The position numbers were made by a program, and so were the translations under genes. Below, one piece after another: positions 24,861 through 37,862 of a stretch of DNA of 64,000 nt. The DNA is from Mobula hypostoma (Eukaryota). The notes under the pieces are model-generated. The model was given only the letters and a program-made list of their open reading frames with translations. It searched no databases and was not told the DNA's origin. The first letter of the stretch is position 1. Every line of letters starts with the position of its first letter. Where the stretch lies: assembly GCF_963921235.1 (NCBI RefSeq), contig NC_086097.1, positions 235,788,001-235,852,000 of the forward strand. The letters run 5' to 3'.

Positions 24861-26489
24861 TAAGGTTAATTAGACCACAGCTTGCATGCTGTGTACAATT
24901 CTGGTCACCACATTATAAGAATTATCTTTTGCAGTCAAGAGGGTGCCGAAGAAATGGTCAGAATGTCACCAGGAATGGAATAGAGTCTGGGCAGCCACTA
25001 TGATTTGTTGTTGTTTTTTGGCATTATTGTTGTTTGTGTTGCTCCACTGAACACTGTGGACATGTTGTATTGGCACCGGAATATGCGCATCTTCACATGA
25101 CTGGTGTATCTTCAGTTTCATATTCAGATTCATTTATTCATCACATGTAAATTGAAATATACAGTGAAATTCATTAACAACCAGCACCACCTAATGATGT
25201 GCTGGTGGGCAGCTCGCAAGTATCACCACATATTCCGGTGCCAGTACAGCGTGTCCACAATGTTCAGTGGAACAACACAAACCACAACAATAACGCCAAC
25301 AGCACAACAATAAATCATAGTGGCTGCCCAGACTCACAGGCGCCATGCCTCTGACCTCCATAAACTTTAACCCAGGGGTTTCAAACTTCAGGCCTCAGCC
25401 TCCAGACTCATTGACTTTGATCTTCAACATTTGGCCTTCAACCTCCAGATTTGCCAATCCCTGGGCGTCAACCCCAGGACTAGCCAATAATGGGCCTCAA
25501 CCTCTGGATTTGCAAGCAGCCCCAACCCTGGGACTCACTGACCTGAAGATAGGTCACCAGCCCTCCTCCTTGGGGCCTACCAGCCTCAGACATTGACCAT
25601 GGTCATTGCTGGTCTTCATCCTCAAAGCCTGTGATTTGTTTGTTTCCTGTAGGTCAGAGGAGGCTGGAGGCTGTGGTGGGGAGTTTTAGGTATCTTAGTT
25701 CCATAAAATGATGAGAGGCTTAACTAGAGTAAACAAGTGGAGGAACATATTTCAAAACTAGAAGATATAGACTTAAAGTAGTTAATCTGTGGATTAATGG
25801 GAAAGATATTTTATCTGGGTAGTGGAGATGATGACCTAGAACACATAACCTGTAAAGGCAAACACATTCACAATATTTATATGTATATTTGTTTATAAGT
25901 GCTATGACCCACAGACGTCATGTCACATGCAGGAATATAGGGTTAGATTGCGTAATCTTAGTTGCTACCAGCCATAGGGAGTTGGTCAAATTATAGGGGG
26001 TTGTAAATCTTCTACGACTGTCTAGATACCAGAAAGCCTACAGGAGGAGATGACCCAGCTGAAACGAAGAGTTCTGATAAGGACACCTCTTCTGATGCCC
26101 CAAGTCTTGGCACAATTAAGAAGACCAGAGCAGTGACCCAAATAAATTTATAATTGGATGAATTAAGAACTGTGTACACATATATAATTATTTTAAACAT
26201 TTGTGCATTTTATATAGTTAAACAGTTGAATGATTTGTATGCAGTTATTTTTATTTTTGAAGGAGAATGCAATCTTTAAGAACTCAGTGAGCTGACCTTG
26301 GTACATTGTTGTAGCTGACACTGCTGTGAGAATTGCTACCTTCAGTAAAGTTAGCTCTGTTGAAAGCTCATTACTTTTTTCCTGCGAGTAGCAACGTGAA
26401 AGAACCAATGGACGTTGAAGCTCCCAAATCACTCATTCATGCCTACAGCTCTGCAAAATGGTTTTAGTCAGCTGGGTAAGCTTGTGGAA

Positions 26490-26720
26490 ACACAGGAGAC
26501 TACATTAGATGCTGCATTCTGGGGTAACAAACAATCTGCTGGAGGAACTCTGTAGATTTAGCAACACATATGAGGGTGGGGCAGAAAGGAATTGCTGACG
26601 TTTTGGATCAAAACCATGAATCCTGATGCAGGGTTTTAACAGAAAATGCCAACAATTCCTTTCCTCCCATAAATACTGCTTTGTGTTCCTCCATTGTGTT
26701 CCTCCACCAGATTGTTGCTG
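26490..26720. mobile_element. Degraded Penelope-derived fold-back element
   Basis: Inverted arms (caatctgctggaggaac...ttcctccaccagattgttg) around a degenerate hammerhead core (cctgatgcagggtttt...gaaaatg). Confidence 0.6.
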
Positions 26721-27190
26721 CAGAGGTTCATAAGAATTTCCCCAGGAATTAAAGGCTTAATGTATAAGGGCCGTTATCCGGGCCTGTACTTTCTAGAGTT
26801 TAGAAGAATGAGGGGGTATCTAATTGAAATCTAGTATTATTGAAAGGCCTAGATAGAGTGAATGTGGAGAGAATGTTTCCTGTAGTAGACGAGTCTAGGA
26901 CCAGATGACACTGCCTTAAACAGAGAGATGTCTGTTTTAGAACAGAGATGAGAAGGATTTTTTTCTTAGCGAGAGGGTGGTGAATCTGTGGAATTCATTG
27001 CCACTGAGGGCTGTGGAAGCCAAGTCACTGGAGACATTTAAAATGGAGGTTGATAGGTTTTTGACTAGTAAAGGCATCAAAGGTTACAGAGAGATGGCAC
27101 GAGTATGGGGTTCAGAGTAATAAAATCACCAACTCAGTGGGACAGACTCGATGGGCCAAATTTCGCTCTGATAGTATGTCTTATGGTCTT
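26720..27190 (+). mobile_element. CR1 3' fragment
   Basis: ctagagtttagaagaatgagggg...gagggtggtgaatctgtggaattcattgcca...tgtcttatggtctt. Confidence 0.8.
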
Positions 27191-27997
27191 CTGCTCAGAA
27201 AAGTCTTATTTTTCCTGATTCGTTTCCTAGCTGGATTCTCAATCTTTTCACAGAACTGTTTACCTAAAGGAAAAAGAAAAAGTGGAGGGAAACACGTGAG
27301 TTATGCATAATATTGAAAATGTTGAGTAACTATGAGAGGAATTTTATTACCATTTGAAGTCTAATTACTCATTGCTAACTACTTATATGGACCTCTTGCC
27401 TGGGTGTAACTAGATTTACAATGGGCTAAGGTATTTTCTTAAATCTGTATCACTTCTTGTGTGATTCTATTAACCTTGATGCTGATGGAGTTTTCCGCAG
27501 GAGTATTTATGATGAAACGCTTGAGATATCACTGCCTTTGCAGAAACTACAGAAATACATTTAAAACCTCCAGAAGTTCAGTTTAAAATGTTGAATCTTA
27601 TCTCTTAGTTTAAATGCAAGGAGTTCATGGCTTACAAGTCTTATGCAAGTTACGGATTGGGTTGATAACAGCAAAATTTATGAACTCCGCACAAAACCCC
27701 TGTATAAAACCTTTAACTTAGTTCATTTAACTGAATTCATGTGGAATAGTCATCAGCAAATGACAACCTCAGCCAAATATAGCAATCAACTAAGGTAAGA
27801 TGTACTCTTCCTTCTCAGCTAAGAATGACAAATAGAATATCATTCGTTCTAGACTTGTTTTTCAGGGAACTATTTATTTTTCTCCAAGCAGCAGGTTAAC
27901 CTCAGAACTACCTGCAAATTTAGATTTAATTTCAAAGTTTGGTTCATGCAGGGTTTTCAATCTTTTTTTTCTGTGTTCCAGCTTGAGAAGTCTACAT

Positions 27998-28545
27998 ATA
28001 GAACCATAGAACCATAGAACATTACAGCACAGAAACAGGCCTTTTGGTCCTTCTTGGCTGTGCCGAACCATTTCTCTGCCTAGTCCCACTGACCTGCACC
28101 TGGACCATATCCCTCCATACACCTCTCATCCATGTATCTGTCCAAGTTTTCTTAAATGTTAAAAGTGAGCCTGCATTTACCACTTCATCTGGCAGCTTAT
28201 TCCACACTCCCACCACTCTCTGTGTGAAGAAGCCCCCCGCCTTTAAACGTTAAACTTTTCTTTAAACTTTAAAGTTTAAAGTTCCCTTTAAACTTTCCCC
28301 CTTCACCCTTAACCCGTGTCCTCTTTTTTTTTTCTCTCCTTGCCTCAGTGGAAAAAGCCTGCTTACATTCACTCTAACTATACCCATCATAATTTTATAT
28401 ACCTCTATCAAATCTCCTCTCATTCTTCTACGCTCCAGGGAACAAAGTCCTAACCTATTCAACCTTTCTCTGTAACTGAGTTTCTCAAGTCCCGGCAACA
28501 TCCTTATAAACCTTCTCTGCACTCTTTCAACCTTATTAATATCTC
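27998..28545 (-). mobile_element. CR1 3' fragment
   Basis: QRRFIRMLPGLEKLSYRERLNRLGL; (ATAGAACC)n tail. Confidence 0.9.
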
Positions 28546-28715
28546 TGCATTCTTACACAATTCTTTTCTTTACCCATATAAGTCATTCTTTCTTCAATGA
28601 TAAGTATAGAAAACATTGAAATTTGTTATCGTATATGGAGAGTGAAACAGTTCATATTAAAGACTAATAATCAGAAATTTATATTTTCAATTCTGCTCAC
28701 AGGTCACCAATTTTT

Positions 28716-29385
28716 TAGATTGGATTAGATTATGAGGACACTCAGTCCTCGTTTATTGTCACTTAGAAATGCATGCATTAAAAAATGATACAACCTTCCT
28801 CCAGAATGATATCACAAGAAAACACAGCACAAACCAAGACTAAAACTTACAAAACCACATAATTATAACATATAGTTACAACAGTGCAAAGCAATACCAT
28901 AATTTGATAAAGAGCAGACCATGAGCACGGTAAAAAAAAGTCTCAAAGTCCTGATAGCCTCATCATCTCACGCAGGCAGCAGAAGGGAGAAACTCCGCCT
29001 GCCATGAACCTCCAAGAGCCGCAAACTTGCCGATGCAGCACCATTGGAAGCACCCGACCGTAGCGGACTCTGAGTCCGTCTGAAAACTTCGAGCCTCCGA
29101 CCAGCCCCTCCGACACATCCTCTGCCGAACGCTTCGACTCCGTCCTGGCCGCCGAGCAACAAGCAAAGCCGAGGACTCGGGGCCTTCCCCTCCGGAGATT
29201 CTGGACCACACAGTAGCAGCAGCAGCAAAGCAGGCATTTCAGAAGTTTCACCAGATGTTCCTCTGTGCTCTCATGTCCGTCTCCATCAAATCAGGATTGT
29301 GCACGGCACCCTACTTGACAAATAACAGACATCACCACTGGAGTGGCTGCTGCGAGCTGCGTCGCTCTGCCATCTTCTCCTCCCC
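28716..29385 (-). mobile_element. Non-coding non-autonomous retroelement, CpG-rich body
   Basis: Minus strand starts GAGGAGAAGATGGCAG and ends GACAATAAACGAGG...(ATCTA)n-like tail; no recognisable protein. Confidence 0.55.
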
Positions 29386-29392
29386 TTTGAAC

Positions 29393-29632
29393 ATACTTAC
29401 TTACTGGCCAATATGCCACAGGCACTTAGGACAGCAATGAAGTTCCTCCATCTCTGGGCTTCTGTCGTTATGTAACATTTTGAGCCCTGAGCTGAACCCC
29501 TGGACCTGGAAGACCAGTGGACTACCCTTAGTCTGGCCTCCACCCTTTGACCTGTTTATCATGGGTGACCCCACCAAGAGCCAAAGCATGAAGCCCTGAC
29601 TGCAGCCAATATAGCTCTCTGGGTCATTGAAA
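29393..29632 (-). mobile_element. Bipartite RTE-derived non-autonomous element
   Basis: Minus strand has an RTE 5'-UTR-like part (caatgacccagagagctat...ggggtcacccatg), similar to 32955-33010, joined to an RTE-like 3' end with an (AAGT)n tail. Confidence 0.6.
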
Positions 29633-29811
29633 GATGACCCAGACCTAAGGTTATGGTTCTCTTGGAGGATCACTCTGAAACATCGTCTCTTATCCTCTCT
29701 CCACAGGTGCTTCATGTCCTCGTGACTATTTCCAGCATTTTATGTTTAATTTCCAATTCCTTGTGTCGGCATTTTAACCTGTATTTCCCTATTTCTTCTG
29801 GTTGGCAAGAA

Positions 29812-31805
29812 TGCTGCAGTTACTGACTTCATTAAAACCTGTGTGGTTAAGTGTGTGCCCAGAAAGGCTTACTGTACATTCCCAAACCAAAAGCCGTGAT
29901 GAACCAAGAGGTACAACGTCTGCTGAAGGCCAGATCTGTGGCATTCAAGTCCGGTAACCCAGGCCTGTACCAGAAAACCAGGTATGATTTGTGAAAGGCT
30001 ATTTCAAGGGCGAAGGGACAATTTCAAATGAGGTTGTAGGTGATATCAGATGCACGGCAACTCTGGCAGGGACAGCAAAACTTTACTTCCTACAAAGCAA
30101 AACCCAATAGTATGTATGGCAGCAATGCTTCACTACCAGATGAACTCAACACCTTCTATGCATGCTTTGAATGGGAGAACACAACTACAGCTGTGATGAT
30201 CCCTGCTGCGACTGATGACCCTGTGATCTCTGTCTCAGAGGCCGATGTTAGACTGTCTTTAAAGAAAGTGAACCCTCACAAGGCAGAAGGTCCCGATGGA
30301 GTACCTGGTATAGCTTTGAAGACCTGTGCCAGCCAACTAGCAGGAGTATTCAAGGACATTTTCAACCTCTCACTGCCACGGGCAGAAGTTCCCACTTGCT
30401 TTAAAAAGGCAACAATTATACCAGTGCCTAAGAAGAATAATGTGGGCTGCCTTAACCACTATCGCCCAATAGCACTCACATCGACAGTAATGAAATGTTT
30501 TGAGAGGTTGGTTATGTCTAGACTGAACTCCTGCCTCAGCAAGGACCTGGACCCATTGCAATTTGCCCATCGTCACAATAGGTCAATGGCAGACGCAATC
30601 TCCATGGCTCTTCACGCGGCTTTAGACCACCTAGACAGCACAAACACCTACGTCAGGATGCTATTCATTGACTATAGCTCAGCACTTAATGCCATCATTC
30701 CCACAACCCTGATTCAGAAGTTGCAGAACCTGGGTCTCTGTACCTCCCTCTGCAATTGGGTCCTCGACTTCCTAACTGTAAGACCACAGTCTGTGCGGAT
30801 TGGTGATAACATATCCTCTTCGCTGACGATCAACTCTGGTGCACCTCTGGGGTGTGTGCTCAACCCACTGCTCTACTCTCTGTATACACATGACTGTGGC
30901 TAGGCACAGCTCAAACACCATCTACAAATTTGCTGACGATACAGCCATTCTTGGTAGATTCTCAGGTGGTGACAAGAGGCTGTACTGACGTGAAAGGTGC
31001 CAACTAGTGGAGTGATGCCATAGCAACAACCTGGCACTCAATTGTCAGTAAGACGAAAGAGCTGATTGTGGACTTCAGGAAATGTAAGACGAAGGAACAC
31101 GTTCCAATCCTCATAGAGGGATCAGAAGTAGAGAGAGTGAGCAGCTCCAAGTTCCTGGATGTCAAAATCTCTGAGGATTTAATCTGGTCCCAGCATATTG
31201 ATGTAGTCATAAAGAAGGCAAGACAGTGGTTATACTTTATTAAGAGCTTGAAGCAATTTGGTTTGTCAACAAATACGCTCAAAAACTTCAATGCAGGCTG
31301 CACCACTGTCTGGTATGGAGGGGCTACTGCACAGGACCAAAAGAAGCTGTAGAAGGTTATAAGTCCAGTTGGCTCTATCTTGGGCACTAGCCTGCAAAGT
31401 ATCCAGGACATCTTTAGGAAGCAGTGTCTCAGAAAGGCAGCGTCCATTATTAAAAACCTCCAGCACCCAGGGCATGCAGTTTTCTCACTGTTACCAACAC
31501 ACTCAGCAATTCAGGACAGCTACTTCCCCTCTGCCATCTGATTCCTAAATGGACTTTGAAGCTTTGGACACTACCTCACTTTTTTAATATACAATATTTC
31601 TGTTTTTGCACATTTTTAATAATCTATTCAATATACGTAATTGATTTACTTGTTTATTTATTATGTTTTATTTTATTTATTATTATTTTCTCTCTCTCTC
31701 TCTCTCTCTGCTACATTATGTATTCCATTGAACTGCTGCTGCTAAGTTAACAAATTTCATGTCACATGCCGGTGATAATAAACCTGATTCTGATTCTGAT
31801 TCTGA
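29812..31805 (+). mobile_element. 5'-truncated Rex1/Babar LINE with disrupted RT
   Basis: ORF 30040..30903 ([24 protein letters not shown]), then KFADD after a frameshift; (GATTCT)n tail. Confidence 0.93.
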
Positions 31806-32427
31806 AATGATCATGTCCTCATCTGACCCAAACATTTTCCTACTTCTGAATTTACTAAATAATAAAAATTCCCATTAATCCCACTGGTTACATTTGTAAA
31901 TCAAAATTAACAAGTCTCACTGTGTTAATACATGGGGAGTTTCAAAAGAAAAACAAACATTGATTAAACAGTTTCTGCTTAAAACTAACACTGATCAGAA
32001 TCTGGATCATTAATCAAATTAAGTCACTTTGGGACTGCACAGTAATGCAGTTAATAAAGCTGGTGCCTCACAGCACGAACAGTCCAGGTACAGTCTTGAT
32101 TTCTACTGCTATCTGTGTGGCATTGACCATTCACCCTGTGACCTTCCTGTCAGCTCCCAAAGATATGTGAGCTGATAGGTTTATCGGCCACTGGAAGTAG
32201 GCTGTGAAGGGTGACATTTGGAGGGAATCAAGGGGACTATGAGGAAAATAAATGGGATGAAGAAGTGTCTCTCACTGAAGTGTCAGGTTCACTCTTTTCC
32301 ATAGTTGCTTTCTGACCTGCTGAGTTCCTCCAGCATGTTGTGTGTGTTGCTTTGGATTTCTAGCATCTGTAGACCTTCTGCCTGATGAATTGTCCAGATG
32401 ATAGGTTTAGCACCAAACGTCAACTGT

Positions 32428-32725
32428 TGGCAGCATAGCAGTTAGCAAAATCACTTTACAGCACCTGCTGCAAGGTCGAGGTTTGATTCCCACCACTGTC
32501 TGTAAGGAATTTGTACCTCCTCCTCGTGAATGTGTGGGTTTCCTCTAGCTCCTCCACTTTCCTTCCTCATTCTGGAGATGTACGGTTAGGGTTAGTGAGT
32601 TGTGTGCATGCTATGTTGGCACCAAGAATGTGGCAACAACATGTATAAACCTTGCTGATTTGCTTAGACACAATCGAGGCATTACACTGTATGTTTCCAT
32701 GTACATGTGACAAATAAAGTGGATC
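32428..32725 (+). mobile_element. tRNA-derived SINE (V-SINE-like)
   Basis: tRNA-like head with ggtttgattcc B-box, central conserved block, 3' tgtgacaaataaag. Confidence 0.7.
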
Positions 32726-32904
32726 TTCTGTTTATTCCCTTCCATGAATGCCGGCTGACTTGCTGAGCTCCTCCAGCAATTTGTTTATGTTACTCATGAT
32801 TTTCAGCATTTGCCAAAATGTAAATGGATGCGTTATGGCTAGTACTAGCAGTATAGGTCAAATGACTTATTAGTGTGCTGTATGAGTAAGTACTTAAACC
32901 AACA

Positions 32905-32961
32905 CTTCTCCATGGATTGTCACCTGGTCGCGGTGGAGAAGCTTGTGTGGTCCTGTGATCC
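32905..32961 (+). ncRNA. Candidate HDV-like self-cleaving ribozyme (probably degenerate)
   Basis: P1 CTTCTCC/GGAGAAG, P2 GGATTG/TGATCC, P3 ACC/GGT with 7-nt L3 TGGTCGC, in nested-pseudoknot order. Confidence 0.5.
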
Positions 32962-33310
32962 CGAGAGCGATGCCGTCTGGAACTATGCTCCTGGTAGGGT
33001 CACCCATGGTGGATGAGGTCCCTGACAAAGAACAATCCAACCAAGACCTCAACGGTGGAACAGGCGGACGAAGTTACTTCGAACTCAACGGTTGTGAAGG
33101 CAGACGAAGGCTGCAACAAATCCATCAGCTCCGATCGTCGTGGTTTCCATGCCATTGGAACCAGTTGGTTGATTTGTGAAGTATCGTGTGTTTCTTGAAG
33201 TGCAACATCAAGTACACGCTAAACAAATACACGCACAGGCATGTTCACTCCGTGGGCCTCTTCCTCAGAATGAAGACCATCATCCTCGACCCTGAGGGAT
33301 AGCCACGATG
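32905..33310 (+). mobile_element. 406-bp RTE-derived non-autonomous element
   Basis: Bounded by a 13-bp TSD ACT(T/C)AAACCAACA at 32892-32904 and 33311-33323; 5' part resembles RTE 5' UTRs (cctggtagggtcacccatgg). Confidence 0.75.
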
Positions 33311-33679
33311 ACTCAAACCAACAGCAAAGTAGGAGATTTATCCGATCAGCATTTTGACTGGCAATCTGCACTTGAAAGCTAACACGATGCACATGGAAAT
33401 AAAGATTAAAGTATAATCCCTACGTCTGCACACCATCGGTAAAGTAGGCTCTCGTTACCTCCTGTCAGAGATGAGCGGTAAACATGAAGGAACATTACCT
33501 TTCAGTAATGATGCACCTAACAGCAGCTGACTAGAAAGAATATTGGACTGACAGAAAAAGACCTTCCAAACCTTCTAAGCCATTTGGTGGCAGGATTGAC
33601 TTGAGTCAAAAACACAATATAGGAAGAAAAATAATGATATCTAAACATCATTCAATAGTAAATACTGCCAATGAAAGTA

Positions 33680-34149
33680 CATGCAGTGGCCATTTCATCA
33701 GGTACATCTGTGCAGAAATATCTAATCAGCCAATCATGTGGCAGCAACTCAATGCATAAAAACATGCAGACATTGCCAAGATGTTCAGTTGTTGGTCTGA
33801 TCAACCATCAGAATGGGAAAGAGATAAGACCTAAGTGACTTTGACCGTGGAATTATTGGTGCCAGACAGGGTGATTTGAGAATCTCAGAAACTGCTGACC
33901 TCCTGGGATTTTCAGGCATAGAGTTTACAGAGAATGCTGACGAAAACAAAGAAAAAATCCAGCAAGTGACAGTTCTGTGGGCAAAAAAATGCCTTGTTAA
34001 TGAGAGACTTCAGTGGTATGCAGAAGGAAATCTCTGAATCCACAATGCATCAAACCCTGAAGTGGGTAGACGACAACAACAGAAGACCATAAGATCAGCA
34101 GACACTTTATTAGGTACTGGAGGTAACCAGTAATGTGGCCACTGAGTGT
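33680..34149 (+). mobile_element. Non-autonomous Tc1-family DNA element
   Basis: Imperfect terminal inverted repeats cagtggcca...tggccactg; internal remnants of a Tc1 N-terminus. Confidence 0.7.
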
Positions 34150-35899
34150 GTGCGCATGTTTCAAATATATTCCAATTTCAAATATTAAAATGCATGGAAA
34201 AACTTCTGTTGAGGGAGTGATTTTATAAATCTAGTACCTGGTGACCATTTATGTTATTGTTGAATTTCAGATCATGTCAACATCGCCTTCTTGTGATTAT
34301 TGTCACTTCATTATTTTTTTCTTTGAGAAATTTGATTTAATCCATATTTTGATTTTATTTTTAACGGATTTTCATGTTCTACCAGAATGTATTTAGCTCC
34401 TGCTCTAATTCCCAATTTAATTTTTGGAACATTGAAAACTGCAAGTGCCCTTGTATGCTGATTTCTTATAACATATTTTATATTCTGAACTTGTTTTTTT
34501 TTCCTTTTCAATCACAGTGCAGAATGTAAATAATAGCAAAAATTGCTATGAATCTTTTTGAGTCATTCAGAGTTTAAATTAAGATTGACACTAACTCATA
34601 CCCAAGATGAAGCTGTTCATTACTTCTTTGAATAACCCCCTTGTACTAATAGTTACGTCATTGCACATGGTCTTGCCAAGTCAGTTAATAATATGAAATA
34701 TTAAATTTCTGTCATCTCCCACAGGGATGCTTAATGGAATATTTGATGGAGTTATTGATTTTCTGATAAAGTAGGAAGACAGCAGCTTACTCCTAGCAAT
34801 GCTGTCCTACCCATTACAAGAAGACATAACAACCAAATAGAATAAAAGTAGTTGAAGTACTCTTCAGGCCAGAGAGTACCTGCAGAGGGAAAAACAGAGT
34901 CAACATGCAACCTTTCCCTCCTCACAAATGCCGCCCGAACTGCTGAATATCTCTGGCATTTTTCTGTTCTGTTTTGTGTAATGCCCTGCAGATTTTTAAA
35001 ATCTTTATCTAATCCACTGATTAGTCAGCTGAAATAATGTTAATTGTAGTTTTCAGAGAAATGCATTCACTTGATAAGAATTTAAAGCTTCCCATTCAAT
35101 AAGATTTTAAGTACTCATTGCTAATATCTTGAAGGAATAGAAATTGGCTATTGACATATTGTGCATTGTTTTAAGGGATTCTCTGCATTAATATTTTGGG
35201 GCTAAATTCTGCAGTGTGCTCTTTAATAGTTGTGTTAAATGGTTGAAGTAACACTGTAAGTAATTTTATGTGCAAATTGAAATGTCCCACCAGAGGAAAT
35301 TAATTGCCTATTTAATCATCCAATTTCTCGCACTTTCACCTGATCTTTTAAGTCATTGGAAGTGATTTTAAAAAGTTTCTGGAATAAAATAAAAATATGG
35401 CGAAAACTTCTTGTATTTCTTATTGCCTTAAGTTCAAGATTTAGTGATACAAAGCGGGCAGGAGTGAGAATTAGAATCCTTTGTTCTGAGTAAGCTGTAA
35501 AATATTTCACCTCTTTGCAGAGCAAAATCCATTTCAATTTAATTTGTACATGGTCATGACAGGAAGTCCGTTCTGTGACATTTCGCCTTATGACTACCTG
35601 TCGATGTGTTTACAGAGTCGTACAGCGTGGAAACAGGCCACTTGGCCTTAGTCACCATGTTGAGTGTGTTACTCAGTGATCTAGTTGATTCTGCCCATGT
35701 CTGGCCTTTCGACATGATGAGATTTCTAAGGGTGGAACCTCAGGAGCATCACTCAAAGTCTGTTCTACAGCACTGGCTGACTGTGGCAGTCTGATGTGGA
35801 GCTTTTTACAACCACAGGCTCTGCTGTAGGCAGGCTGCACAACAGGTTTGACAATAGTGTTCATGAGCATACACGATCCAGCTAATTAGTGCTTCATTA

Positions 35900-36575
35900 T
35901 GGCAGTATTTAACTCCCTCTCAAAGCGGCAGGGAAGATTGAAGCATCAAGACGAAGGCGTTCGGATCTGGTCAGCGAGAACTCCCAATGGGGCCTTGTGG
36001 GTCATTGATCACTCTCAAAGGAGGCCACTGTTTGGACCAGGCGTGACTTATGAGTCATGGAATGATTATTTGATGTTCTGACATTCATGTGATTGGACTT
36101 TATATTGGTCTTCTTTAGTTTTTCAGCACTTTCTTTCTAGTGGCCGATTGGCAGGTGGGTGATCTGCAAGTTCTTTGTGTGGGTGGTGGGGGGGGTGTAG
36201 GGGGCTTTTGATGCTCCTGTCGCTGTTTTTTTCCCTGCGAGCAAAAATGTCAGGGATTGTATTGTTGCTGTTTCTTTCTTCAGGTGAGAGGGTCGGGGAT
36301 TGTTATTGTTACTGTTTCTTTCTATGAGGGAGGGGGGTCAGGGATTGTTATTATTACTGTATTTTTTCTGTGGAGGAGGAGGTCGGGGATTGTTATTGTC
36401 ACTGTTTTTTCCTGCAGGAGGTGGGGAGGGGGATTCTGGGGTCTGCAAGTTTTGTTTCTTTTTCTTTTCCATGTGTTTGTGACTATTTGGGGAAGACAAA
36501 TATCGCAGTTGTATTCTACATGCATACTTTGACAATAAAATTAACCTTGAACTTTGAATCTTGAACCTTGAATCT
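35900..36575 (+). mobile_element. Non-coding non-autonomous retroelement with internal ~45-bp tandem repeats
   Basis: Ends tttgacaataaaattaa plus (CTTGAA)-type repeats; gggattgttattgttactgt unit repeated 3-4 times at 36250-36410. Confidence 0.5.
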
Positions 36576-37269
36576 TCTTTTTGTTCTAGTCTTATGCAGA
36601 ATTGATCAAAAACACAGCAACGTTTATGCTCCCTGATTACTCTCGTCCTTGACCGGGAAAGAAGGTGACCATTTCAACTGACGCTGTAAAGGAGAGGTAT
36701 TCTTTTAGTATTTAGTTATTGATTCATTCTGCTGTATTGACATTAGCTTTCAATTTGAGAGTTATAATTAATGGCCCTGTTGGCCTCGCTGTTATTGTCT
36801 TTTCTTTTCCTTTAAATTCTGCAGCATTTCTCGTTAAAGTCGGTGATCTGTTGACCTGCTTCAGTGTTTCCCTCTCCACACCTGGGCCATATCCGAACAT
36901 TTTGACAGTGCTCAACTGGACAAATGGGCATCATTGGAATAGAAAGGGTGATGCTCACAGATACCAGGTACAAATGTGTACACATTATTGGAACGTGCCT
37001 TGTTAAACAATCAGTTTTATACAAAAAGAAATACTGAAAATGAAAACTGTTTCAATATTACTGATACTGACTCTGATGGGTTTATTGAAAGGGCATAGGA
37101 TCCATTCCCCAGAATCTCCTGGAATTTGCTTTTGGTATGACATCCTCCTATTTTTGCTTCATTAAAAGTCTGGATGACTTCTTGGGCCCAAACACAAAGG
37201 GTATCTCTTTGTGATATGTAATAATATTGGGCTGCCTCCCGTTTTCCTGTTATACAAAGAATCATGAAG

Positions 37270-37862
37270 TTGCTCTAATTCATTAGGAGTTTGAGGAGAT
37301 TTGATATGTCACCAAAGGCTCTTGCAAATTTCTGCAGATGTACAGCAGAGAGCATTACGACTGGTTAAATTACCACCTGGTATGGAGGCTCCAATGCACA
37401 GGATCAAAATTCTCTTCAGAGAGTTGTAGTCTCAGTCAGTCACAACCCACTCCCCTTCCTCCCCACCTTTAAGGACATCTTCAAAAGGTGGAGCCTCAAA
37501 AAGGTGACATCCATCATTATCTCTCATTAATGACCCTTGCATGCTGTCTTCCCATTACAACCATCAGGGAGGGGGTACAGGAGCCTGGAGATCCACATTC
37601 AAAGTCTTAGGAACAACTTCTCTTCAGCCATTAATCAGCTCTGTGAATATCCATGAGCACTACCTCACTATTCATCTCTTGCACCATTTATTTATTTAGT
37701 TTTGTTACGTATAGTATTTATACAGTATTGAGCAAAAGACCTGTATATCACTAGGAATTTTTGCACAGTACTGTGGTAATTTTATGTATTGCATTGTACT
37801 GCTGCCACTAAACAGCAAATTTCTCAGCATATGTCAGTGATGTTAAACCTGATTCTGATTAG
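37270..37862 (+). mobile_element. Rex1/Babar 3' fragment, degraded
   Basis: IRSLRRFDMSPKALANFCRCT-like translation; aaacctgattctgatt tail. Confidence 0.75.

Noticed and set aside
26026..26153. Exon-like open stretch (IPESLQEEMTQLKRR... or TRKPTGGDD...)
   Set aside because: The apparent acceptor derives from a decayed CR1 tail; product unrecognised
27899..27992. Minus-strand exon-like LLKLEHRKKRLKTLHEPNFEIKSKFA
   Set aside because: The acceptor abuts a CR1 tail; no supporting homology
36250..36410. Repeat-spacer-like pattern
   Set aside because: Degenerate tandem minisatellite in eukaryotic DNA; no cas genes; not CRISPR
36812..36915. Minus-strand frame ending in CCRI*, resembling a CaaX prenylation motif
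   Set aside because: No GTPase or other upstream exons found; an alternative frame is equally open; likely chance
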